Source: Azolla caroliniana
Taxonomy: Eukaryota > Plantae > Polypodiophyta
Direction of reading: 5' to 3'
DNA: 64,000 nt
Assembly: GCA_043228905.1 (NCBI GenBank)
Contig: JBHGNT010000009.1
Location: forward strand, 13,702,001-13,766,000
The position numbers and the translations under genes are program-made. The notes beneath the pieces were generated by a model. It was not told where the DNA came from. It was given only the letters and a program-made list of their open reading frames with translations, and made no database searches. The stretch's first letter is position 1. Each line of letters begins with the position of its first letter. Shown one piece after another: positions 48,601-59,738 of this stretch.

Positions 48601-50328
48601 TCATGTGTTAAATCGACGCCAAGCTTGGTGGGCCCACGTCCTCATGCGTTTCGACTTCAAAATTACATATCGTCCAGGGAAGCACCAAGGGAAGGCAGAT
48701 GCATTATCACGACATTCATACCTAGCACCGCGTCCCGGCGAGCCAGCTTTTGATAACCAAAAGCAAGTAATCTTGGAACCGACGTCTTTGGCATGCCAAT
48801 GGATTCCCACGTTATTGATACTATACGTGAGGACTTGAAGACCGATGCTTTCGGCCAAGCCATTCTAGCACAAATTGATCCCTCTCGAGCATCTTGTTCA
48901 CAGTCGCAACCACCAGGTATGGACTATCGGCAATTCAAATACCATGATGGATTACTATTCTTTAATGAACTCTAGTAAGTTCCAAATGGTTCTTGCCACC
49001 TTCGAGTAGTCCAAAACTGTCATGAAACATATACAGCTGGGCATTTTGGTAGTACTAAAACATTAGATTTAGTACAACGATCATTTTGGTTGCCCCGTAT
49101 GCGACAATTTGTCGAAGATTTTGTTCGGACTTGTGATACATGCTGCAGAGCGAAAATGCCAAGGCATCATCCATATGGTTTATTAGAACCATTACCAATT
49201 CCAAGCAAGCCGTGGCAATCCATTGCTCTAGACTTCATCATAGATCTTCCAGTCTCTAAGGGGTTCAATGCGATTCTAACAGTCGTAGATCGATATACGA
49301 AGATGGCTCATTTCTTGCCATATACTAAGGAGATATCTAGTGAAGAAACCGCTGAAATTGTCATGCGTGAAGTATGTCGGCATCATGGCCTTCCCGATAG
49401 TATCATCAGTGACCGTGGACCCCAGTTCTTATCGAAATTCTGGAAGCACCTTTTTAAAATGCTCAAGGTCACGTGTAACCTCTCTTCCGGCTACCACCCA
49501 CAAACGGATGGCCAAGCAGAATGAACAAATCAAACACTAGAGCAATATCTTCGGTGCTTTCTAAGCTATCATCAGGATGACTGGGTAGATATTCTCCACT
49601 TCCCTTAATTTGCCTACAATAACTCTATCCACGCATCGACTAAAGTTACGCCATTTTATGCTTATATGGGTTCTCACCCCCGGTGGTGTGTCTTTGAAAC
49701 CCTAGAGTTGTCCACAAATCCTTGCACAAAGGATCGTTTAGAGCGGTTACGCAAGATACAAGCCGATTTATCTACTCATCTCCAACAAGCTCAACAAACA
49801 CACAAGGTTTATGCGGATCGTCATCGACTCCCATCCAGTTTTAACATTGGAGATCGGGTATGGCTACTACGACGACACATCAAGACTACTCGCCCATGCG
49901 AGAAGGTGGATTATCGGCGATTAGGTCCTTTCTATATTATAGGAAAGATTAATGATGTCGCTTTTCATCTCGATCTACCTCTGCAACTTCGGATACATCC
50001 GGTGTTTCATAGTTCTCTCCTCGAACCCTATCAAGAGAGCACCATCCCAAGACGTATTACGCAGCCTCCACCCCCGATCGAGCTTGAAGATGGACCTGAG
50101 TACAAGGTTGCCGCCATCCTTGATTCCAAGATTGATCGCAACAAGCTGTACTATCTAGTCGATTGGCTAGGATATAGTCCCAGCGAGCGTACTTGGGAAC
50201 CGATAGAGAATGTGACCAATGCTCGTGCTCTTCTTGAAGACTTCCATCGTCAATATCCAGACAAACCGGGTCCTCGATCCAAAACGACTCGTAACACTCG
50301 TCGTTTTAAAAGGGGGATAGTGTCATGA
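45653..50328 (+). pseudogene. gag and pol of the Tcn1-like element with C-terminal chromodomain
   Basis: PAKFDGTRSQFRGFLNQV gag; PTPMEID; CLYCGGPGHIAVNC; LLDSGANSCF; YLDDLL; EADASDF; ALDFIIDLP; SDRGPQF; EYKVAAILDS...YLVDWLGYSPSERTWEP chromodomain. Multiple stops. Confidence 0.92.
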
Positions 50329-50620
50329 TATGGCAACACTTGAACCCATGACCTTATGCTACATGGGTCGAGCTCTTGACCATTAGACCATACATTGTAA
50401 TACGTAAGATATTATTTTCATTTATGTTTTATTCTAGAAAATTGATGTATATTCCAAATTTCTTTGGAACATTCTAGAAACTTCAAGAGTATTCCTTAGA
50501 ACACTATAAAAGGAGGCACAAGGCATTATTTCGAACCAAATCGGTTCAACGCCAGCCTTAAGCCTCCTAGGTACTACTGTACATTCTCTTCACATAATAT
50601 ATATATCTTTTCTTATCATC

Positions 50621-50665
<45 letters not shown>

Positions 50666-52922
50666 CTCTCCCTCCCTCCCTCTTACTCACTCTTTCCTTC
50701 TCTCGAGAGTTCTTCACCTCTCATAGTACTAAAAGTTCGTTTAGTACTAATTCCTTCTCTGTCTTAGTACTGTTCCTAACACTAGCAGCCCAGTCATTAC
50801 GCGATGCAGTGTCTATGTCGCAAAGGTAAGGAACCAACCATAAATAAAATCACGGTAGAAGTCCAGCAGGTCACAACGCGGCAAAAGGCGCAAAACACAA
50901 AATGGGCAGAACAAGATGAGATACACAAAGCAACCCAAGCCTGGGTTGAAAAAGAAAATGTGGCGAACGCGTAGCATATGAAACAACAATCAGCGAACAC
51001 GAGCTTGCAGATGGACGATAACGCATTATCACTGGACCCCATATGGCAAGCATTCAATTTGGTAGACCCTGAAATAATGTTGACCATGGATAAGCTCCTC
51101 CTCTTGGTTCCACGAGTCCGACAAGTGGTAGAGAATCGTATACAAGGTACAACCGGATTAGATGGCTCGATCAATTTCGTAGAGTCTAGTATCGGCCCAA
51201 CAGTAGTAGATCACCACAATCCGGCCATTAAATTGGTATTGAAGGGTCAAGAAGTACCGGGATGCATTGTCGATGGGGGGTTCGGCATAAACGTCATTAG
51301 GACAAGCAAGTGTACTCCACTGGGCATTACAGATTGGGAAGCATGCCCTTTCTGGCTCCGTATGGCGGACACCCGTTTCGTTAGGCCTATCGGGTTAATT
51401 CGAAAATTAAGAATTGTCGTTGGAGGCCATCACTTTGACATCTCTGTGGTAGTGCTCGCATTAGACGCTTCGGGAGTGTATCCAATTTTGTTGGGCAGAC
51501 CATGGTTACACTCTGCCAACATCAAGCCGAATTGGTAGCATAACTGTATCAACTTCCGATGAGGCCGTAGCAAAGTCCGTGTGCCTACGCAGGAATTGGT
51601 GGCCCCAACCAAGGGCATAACACCATTATACGCCGAAGATATTAATATGCTGGAAGAATTGGATGATACTGAGCTTGAGGCATACCTCGATGAAAACCCG
51701 CAGATCGTGCCATTATTCGAAATTGACATAATGGAAACTGTTGCGGAGTATGCCCCAACCATTATGCTTCAAGAAGAGGAGTACAAGCCTGATCCTGAGT
51801 CGATAATGGAGTTAATTAGGGCATGAGAAGCATTCGAAAAAGAAATGGAAATCTCGCATCTAGTCACCACTTCTGCATTTGTAGATGCCTCAGATATTGC
51901 AATAGGCAGCACTTTGATGCAACTCACAGAGCCTAATTGGTACCGATCGGTTAATTATGCCAGTCGTCAGTCATTAGATGCCGAATGGAACTACTCCATG
52001 ATCAAGCGTGAGGCCTTCAGTATGATCTACAACATCAACAAATTCTGGCATTATCTACTCGAGCGAAAATTTACGTTTCACGTAGACCACGCGACATTAC
52101 TCTACCTGATCGAGAAGCAGACGTTGACAGGGAAGCTGGCCAGATGGATGCTACTACTCCAAGAGTTTGACTTCGTGATTCAACATCGACCGGGTACGCA
52201 ACATGCCGTAGCTGATTTCTTAAGCAGAGTAGATAACAGTGATAACGCGTTGCAACAAGATGATGACTTTCCCGATGCTGATATTCTATAGGTCGCGACC
52301 ACGACGTCACGAGAAGAAAGGAATTTTCCGGATTGTTGGCTAATGGAGATGACTTACTTTCTGACCACGGGGCTTCCACCACCACAGCTACAGACGGACG
52401 AAAAGAAACGACTGGCAGTCCGGAGTCGTAACTTTTGTCTGGTCGAGGCGTACTCTACCATAAAGGTAGCGATGGAATTTGGTGGCACGGAATACGGCAA
52501 GATGAGGAAGCCGTACTACGCGAAGCTCATTGTAGTACGGCCGGAGGGCATTACACAGGTGATGTCACGACTAGAAAAGTATGGCAAGCGGGTCTTTGGT
52601 GGCCAACTACGCAAAAGGACACATATCAATACTATAAACAATGTGATCTGTGTCAATGCTTGGGGCAACCTACGGAGCTCGCAAGAATGCCTCACAAACC
52701 AATACTCCTGTTTGACCTGTTCCAAAAATGGGGTCTCAATTTTGTCGGTCCGTTTACACCGGCAGCAGCACGGAAAGGCAACAAATACATTCTCATGGCC
52801 ACAGATTACTGCACAAAGTGGGGAGAAGTCAAACCGTTACGGGACAATACTACGACGTCCATGGCAAGATTCCTTTATGAACACATTTGGTGCTGTTTTG
52901 GTTGCCCAATAGAGCTCATAAG

Positions 52923-54796
52923 CAAGGCAGGAATTTGACGGGTGTCATGTCCGTCTAAGGCCATTTTTCCTATCAAAAACATACACCCAATAAAAATGTC
53001 CGTCAAGTGACATATAAACTTACAATTTTCATTTTTCATGCGAAAGGCGCCCAAAAATTATACATGTCAAATGATATGCTAAAAATTTAGTTTCCATGTC
53101 ATATATATTACAGTGTTGGGCAAAGGTTGAATTGGGAGTCGGGACTTTTGCCAACCGGCAACAACCATTATGGGTAGCCGGAATCAATTGCGGCCAGGAT
53201 TTCCGACCAATTGGAATCTAGTCAGATGAGCCGGCTATTTCTATAGTATATGAAAATATTTATATTGTATATTTCTTCCAATGTTTCATTCCCAAATTCC
53301 CCCATCTTTTTATTTCCCCCTTGTTTTCTTTTTTCTTGCTTCCTTCTTCACATTTCTTGTTCCTTCTTCAAGCGTTGCTTGTTGCTTTCCTTCATCGCTA
53401 CTCCCTATTCCTTTGTTGTTACCCATTGCTCCCGACATGCTCACTACTCGTTGCTCCCTATCGCTTCTCGGTGATTGCACGACATCTATTGTTTGCCACT
53501 ACACCACTCTGAAGTATGTATTTTGTCTCTTTTTTTCTCTTTCTCTCTATTTTCTCTGTTTTTCTCTTTTATTGAATCTTTTTTCTTTGAAGATTGCTCA
53601 TGAGAAGCGTGTATGACAAAGTGGAATGCATTTTCTTTTATTCCCACAAAAATCTACAATAGGAGAAGGACTAAGCAATTAGAGTGATTAGTTACATATG
53701 TTTGTCCAATATGGACTTATTGAAAGCCATAGAAAGCATGGAGGTGAGATAGGTCTGATTGTTGATTGGATGAACTATTAATATGCACAAGTGATGCTAG
53801 AGGAATTTTAGGATACTCTAGGAAGTATTTTTAAAATTTTAAAATTTTCATGCACTTTCTAAATTGTAGGTTAATTTGATCTATTGAATCTTAATATTGG
53901 GGATATTTTGATGCTTAAAATTAGTGATAAGATTTTTTGTATTTATTGTATTGTGTGCTATAAGTCATAGAGTACAATAACCATATCTTATTGTCACACA
54001 TCACACATCATACAAGTACATATTGTATTGTATGAGTTAACAAAACTTTGATAGAGAACAAATATCTTGTAGATGGTATGCTCATTTGGCCATATGAGCT
54101 TAGCGAAGAGGCTTATGACTCTAATGCACAAGTAGTTGGGAACAATATGTACATGAGCATGCATGCAGGGAAATTTATATGCAATATCCAAAATTCTTAG
54201 GTTATGCATGTAAATTGAAGAAGGCATTGTATGTATTACCAACAATGAATATCAAGTGCTTAATTACGCATGGAGTTGAAATATCGAAGTTTGTGTATAT
54301 GTTAGTTAGTACAATGGAATCATTCTCATTGTGAATTGTGCGGATGCTTATATCCTTGAATGCTCAAGAGACATCAAACATTTGCTGGAGGGATATATTT
54401 AACCTTTGGTTTGAAGAGAAAGAGAGAAGGATAGTATCATAATTCATTGAAGTAGACACATATTGCACAATGCTTAATATGAGGAGTCACGGTATGACAA
54501 ACATTTTTTTGCATTTTTTGGGCTTTAAGAAATATATGATGATTAAGTATTCAATTTGTATGTATTTTTGTATGATTTCATTATCTTTGTCAGGTAGTTA
54601 TGTTTATTTGTGTATCTTTGTGTATTTTCTATAGTAATAAAATGTATAATAATGAAGCATCATATAAAGCTTTTCAATATTAAAACTTGTACGTCAAATG
54701 ACATATTAGTTTTTGCACTCTCATGTCATATGACATACATCTTTAAAAAATGCCCGTCAAAAAACTTAAAGACTAACCCGTCAAATTCAGGCCCTG
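52923..54796. mobile_element. Non-autonomous hAT DNA transposon inserted in G1 integrase
   Basis: Perfect 8-bp TSD CTCATAAG (52915-52922 / 54797-54804); TIRs CAAGGCAGGAATTTGACGGG / CCCGTCAAATTCAGGCCCTG; subterminal TGTCA/TGACA motifs; no transposase ORF. Confidence 0.92.
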
Positions 54797-55970
54797 CTCA
54801 TAAGCGACCAAGGGAGCCATTTCTTTAATTCGGTCATCCACGAACTCACACACCACTACGCCATATTACCCACATGCAAATGGGTTAGCAAAATCCACGA
54901 ACAAGACACTACAAACTATCCTAAGAAAGATAGTGAATGAGAATAGAATGGACTGGGACACAAAGTTGCACAATTCTTTGTGGGCGTACCAAACGAGTTA
55001 CAAAATGAGTATACAATCCACGCCTTTCCGGTTAGCGTTTGGGTTAGAGGCCATAATGCCCATCGAATTCCAGGTGCCCAGCTTGCGGATTCAAGTACAT
55101 GACAGACTGTCAGAAGGCCAGTCTGAGTAGATCTGGCTGCAACAACTTCGCGAACTAGGCGAAGCTCGGGTCCGCAGCATGGCCACATTGGAACAAGAAC
55201 AACGACGGTGTAAGGCGTTCATAGATCGACATCGGGGCACACGAGAGAAAGACTTCAAGGTTGGGAAGGTCGTACTGGTCTTTCAAACACGCATGGGGCC
55301 AATGCCAGAAATGTTACGATTTCAATGGACAAGGCCGTACTGGATAATTGGGGCGGAAAATGGGACCAAGTACCCTTGCCGGAGAAGTATTACGCCAAAA
55401 AGAGAACGGATTCTGATTAAAGCCTTACCTGGGATCCACACCCCCAAATCCGTTTCACGCCATAACGGACACGGTAGACAGATCCCACACTAACCAGTAG
55501 CCAAGACCCACTGGTAACAGAATGTAATAGTAATGTTGTACTTTACCATTGGAAAAAAGAAATAAAAAAAATAAAAATTTTAAAACTTTTAAAAAAATTT
55601 TAAAAAAATAAAAAAAAAAGAAAAAATAAGAGAAAATAAGAAAAAATAAGAAAAAATAAGAAAAAATAAGAAAGAAAAAAAGAGAAAAGATATTCACGAC
55701 TATTAAAAGGACTTTATGCATGCACAAATCCCAAAACCAAGAACACGCGTTGCCATGATGTCACACAAACCTATCAACCCTAAGGCACAAAAAGAAGGAA
55801 ACAAAAGGTTTTTTGCATATTACAAAAAACATCCTCCAGCCTTCTACTCTCCTCGCTCTCCTAGCTCTCCTCATGCTCCTCGCTCTCCTACATACCACAG
55901 GCACCACGCACAACGCAACTCACGTGCTTCACCCATTCAACACTCTCCGCACGAACCCTGTCCACCCACG

Positions 55971-58546
55971 ATGCCGATCACCATCTCGGGAGCTTTGCGC
56001 AAGTGGCTCCTGGAAAAGGGGTTTGAGGGGTACATCAGGGTAGCAAAAGCGCCACCACACCTGATGCCCAAGACATCCCAAGGAAGCTCAACATCGACAC
56101 AGTGACAAATGCTAGTATCCGGAAGATGTTGTGTCTATTTGCAACGGGCGAGAAGCACTTCGAAATTCCTCCATCCGACAAACTGGAGAAGTATTTTCGG
56201 GAATATTCGACACCTGCCAACACATACAAAACAAAGGAAATGCCAAATCCATTTTATCGGGAGATTGCAAAGTTCTTACTGGAAGTCATATGTGTATATG
56301 TTAACGCGTACGGGATGACGAAAAAAAAGGCAAGCATTATCATCGACACATTCAAAGGTCGTGCAGTAGATTGGGGAATAATTACGGGATTGGCACAGCG
56401 AGATGGACTACACGCATACCAAGCCGAAAAAAAGCTAAGGTCGATCATTCAATAGTACCTTACGATACTGTTTCCACTGCGTGGACTCCCCCCCGCCCAC
56501 CGACTAGCAAACCTAACCCCCGCCAGGAGTAGCGAAACAACGGCTAGTGGAATTGGCAACCACGGAATGGGAAGAAGAACCACAACCTTCCCATACCGTC
56601 ATGGAACCAACGCAGCCGAAACAACTAGCAGAGACCGTTGAAGCACTGACAACAATAGGTGAGCAAGAACCAGAACGAAACCGTGGAAGCCCAATGCCTA
56701 AGCGTCGTAGGCTAGATTGGAAGGAGGGGCGCGGAATGGTAAAAGATACAGCCGCACCAGTCAAAACTTCCGCCCCCACGGAGCCCACAACTACATTTGA
56801 GATAATCCATGAGCCACAACCAATCATTACGGCTCAGTCTCAACGTGGCAAAGGAGTGCTCACAACCGAAAGTGAACTCCTGAAATATCCGAACATTTCG
56901 GCTACGGCCCATGAGTTTGACACACTATTGCAGTTTGGAACGACATACGAACTCATGGAATTCTTGGTGACACAACAGATCAAGGTGTCCCAACTCATGG
57001 CCGAGGAGCACGCTGAACATCAAATGATTGAGCGTGCGCTAACAAGAACGACGGAAAGTGAAGATGAGTGACCCCTTGCCAAGTAAGGCAGAGAGCATAA
57101 CACGGGAATTCGCTATATGGGCATCAAATTACCTCCATTAAATGCGGCACTAATCGAGGTGCATAGAGAATTGGCGAAAGTCAGTGTGGACACCAAGGTA
57201 TGGCTATTAAAAATAAAAATGTCTGGAAGATAGTCAAGCTAACTCAAGACAATTTATAGAAGGCACAAGAGTGCATTGCGCAATTAGAAAGCAACATGAC
57301 TACGGTACAACATATCCCAAGACCTACCCCCAATGACAACGAGCTCACGACTTTACGGGAGGAGGTTGCGAAAAAGGCTACGCAGTTAGCTAAGCCCGAG
57401 ATCGATCGAATCCGTGCAGAACTCCGCCAATCATCAGACAGAGAAGTGGATATCAAGGCCAAAGGACGAAGGGCAGCCAAAGCACTTGAGGATAAGCTCG
57501 AAGCAGAGATAATAGCACATACTAGCACAAAAGAAGAAAAGAGAAAGCTGTAGGAGGAAGCAAAGAAGACAGAGGTCATCATTACGGGGCTTCGAGAGTT
57601 ATTAGAAAGGAAGAAAGCGTGGTACGATGAACAGCTCGTGCGTGAACATGAATAGACGCATTGAGTAGAAATCTGCCTGAACAATGAAATGGGACGGCTC
57701 GAATAACTACACTTAAAGGAGTCCTAGATATGGGCAAAGATGAAGAGCTGCTATGAGGAAGCGACGATGGCCAATAAGCGTAAAATCGAAAACCTGAAGA
57801 AGGCCCTAGACGAAGTGCAAGCCCGCTCCCAAACGCTAACGGACAATGTACACGTCCTCCTTCAACCAAATTGTGAGCGGTTTACAACGCAGTTGAAAGT
57901 ACCATTGGACAAAGGATGGGCGCCATGGGCCACGCAAGCAACAAAATTGCACACCTACCGGGCGGACTGGTAGAAGCGCCGCAAAGAGGGTAGAGGCTTC
58001 TACAAGCTAAATGAGGAAAGCATTGCGGCGGTACGAGAGGACCTCGCGCAGGATTATCAAACACTAGTTGACCAACACTCCGAAGAACTCACGTAGCTGC
58101 TAGAAAATTTCAGGGAAATTTAGGAAGACATCTTCCACTAGCTAATGGAGCTCGACAGCAAGAGCTAGAGGGTGGAGATATTGAAAAGGGCGGAAACAAT
58201 AACAGTACCAGACGGCAACTCCGGTGAACAAAAGGACACCCAACCTAACCCAAATGATGGACCTGAGGTAACAACAATGCCGAGAAATCTCTTGGAGGAT
58301 GGAGGCACAGAAGAGCAATGACCCGACGACAGCCTATGCCACAACGAGCTATCACCAGACCCACAAAGGCAAGTCCCGGACAGCGTACCACCGGAATCAA
58401 CCCTAACCACATTGCACGAAGAGGACAACACGGAAACCGACGCACCGGCCGAGCGTAGCAACGAAGCTCCTACAAACATCACGCCGTCTCTGGTCCATGG
58501 TGAACGAACGGAGCCAAACATCCCCGACATTTTGAACGATGAATAG
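55971..58546 (+). pseudogene. Additional ORF of G1, homologous to the G2 extra ORF
   Basis: MPITISGALRKWLLEKGFEGY vs G2 TLSEAARKWFRQHGLEGF; LEKYFREYS vs LTRYFGEYS; PFYREIAK vs PLFREIAR; FKGRAVDW vs YEGTKVDW; GWAPWATQATKL vs WWTKWATNAAEL. Many stops. Confidence 0.8.
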
Positions 58547-59036
58547 GAAGAGGATGGGTTCAACGTGCCATGGCACTATCACACAGGTATGCCAGGTGTT
58601 GTCCGCCAGAATTGTAACTGCCAGACATAACACATGGAAAATATAGTATTATATTAAGAGCGTTAAAGACGCGGGTAACGGTTCACGCATGGAGTGTAAC
58701 TGATTAGAAGCCCTATGTATATAAGGGGCGAAAGACCACTGTAAAAAGTAGCATATTGTAAGAGCGCCGTTTTAATATAGTTTTATCTTCTCTGATCTTG
58801 GTATTTTGTCTATTGTTCTCTAGTTTTCGTTTCTCGTTCTTTGTACAAGACTGTGTTGCAATAAATACGAGGTGAGTATACGTTGGGTAACTAAACTCTT
58901 ATGGAGGTTCGGTTGTAGCTATCCCCCCTTTACACCTTACAAATCACGCACTACGCATCCCTATTCCCTTGCACCATGATCACCTTGTAAGCTACCCCGA
59001 AGGACTGAGGGTGGACTATGTTCCTAATTGGTAACA

Positions 59037-59738
59037 CAGCTTTAACCCCTCCTACCAAAACAGAACTGCACGCTGAATTATATAGAGAAGACACTCCTAT
59101 GACCCATTTCTCCGCAAAACCCAGTCTTACAAGAGTACCTTGAAGGGATTGCCAGTCAACTTGATCATATGCTTTTTCAAAGTCTAGTAGCAAAATCAGT
59201 AAATCCTCTTTTTTCTTACGAGCCAAGGCAATGGCTTCCCAAAAAAAAGAACAAATTATACAATATACTTCTTTCCTGAATAAAACCTGTGTGGGTGATA
59301 TGAATCAAATCATGTAAGAAAGGTTGCACTCTCAATGACAATGTTTTTGCAAAGATTTTATATATTGTATTTAGCAAAGTTATTGGTCTCCATTTTCTGA
59401 TATCCTTTGATATACTGTCAACCTTACGTATTAAATAAATCAAGCCAACTGCCATACTACGAGGCATGTACCCAGTGTAAAAAATTCTTTGATAAGCTAT
59501 TGTTAAGGCTTCCCCAATATATTCCCAATATTTGAGGAAAAAATGTGGAGTAATTCCATCCTCCCTTGGACAAGACATAAGCCTTAAAGCTCTAAGTGCA
59601 TTATGTATTTCCATAATGTCAAAGGGCTTAAGTAATGCAACCTTCCTTTCATTTGTGACTTTAGGCTTAATTTTGTCCCTCATGCATTTCCTACTTGTGT
59701 GAACAGATTCGATAGCAACTCCATCGGACAACAATTTA
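59037..59738 (-). mobile_element. LINE (L1-like) ORF2 fragment (RT N-terminal half)
   Basis: SCPREDGIT, KWRPITLLNTIYKIFAK, GFIQERSI, LLLDFEKAYDQVDW. Confidence 0.92.

Larger units (their letters stand above)
45128..50781 (+). mobile_element. Tcn1/sushi-like chromovirus (Ty3/gypsy) inserted in G1 gag
   Basis: LTRs 45128-45559 and 50321-50781; TSD CTAAC/CTAGC; PPT AAAAGGGGGATAG; non-tRNA PBS GTTTGAACTGATTT complementary to LTR sequence AAATCGGTTCAA. Confidence 0.93.
27890..59036 (+). mobile_element. Athila-like (non-chromovirus) Ty3/gypsy G1, expanded to 31 kb by nested insertions; RT deleted
   Basis: 5' LTR 27890-28282 plus 43736-43781 (split by the copia); 3' LTR 58597-59036; TSD CACCT/CAGCT. 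Removal restores the LINE frame VLVGGVKGDDFQISRG. Gag ~43970-45127, PR ~51250, RH 51870-52290 (FPDADIL), INT 52340-55450. Confidence 0.9.

Noticed and set aside
53250-54245. Membrane-protein-like ORFs inside the hAT element
   Set aside because: The Phe/Leu/Ser-rich translations come from T/C-rich low-complexity DNA.
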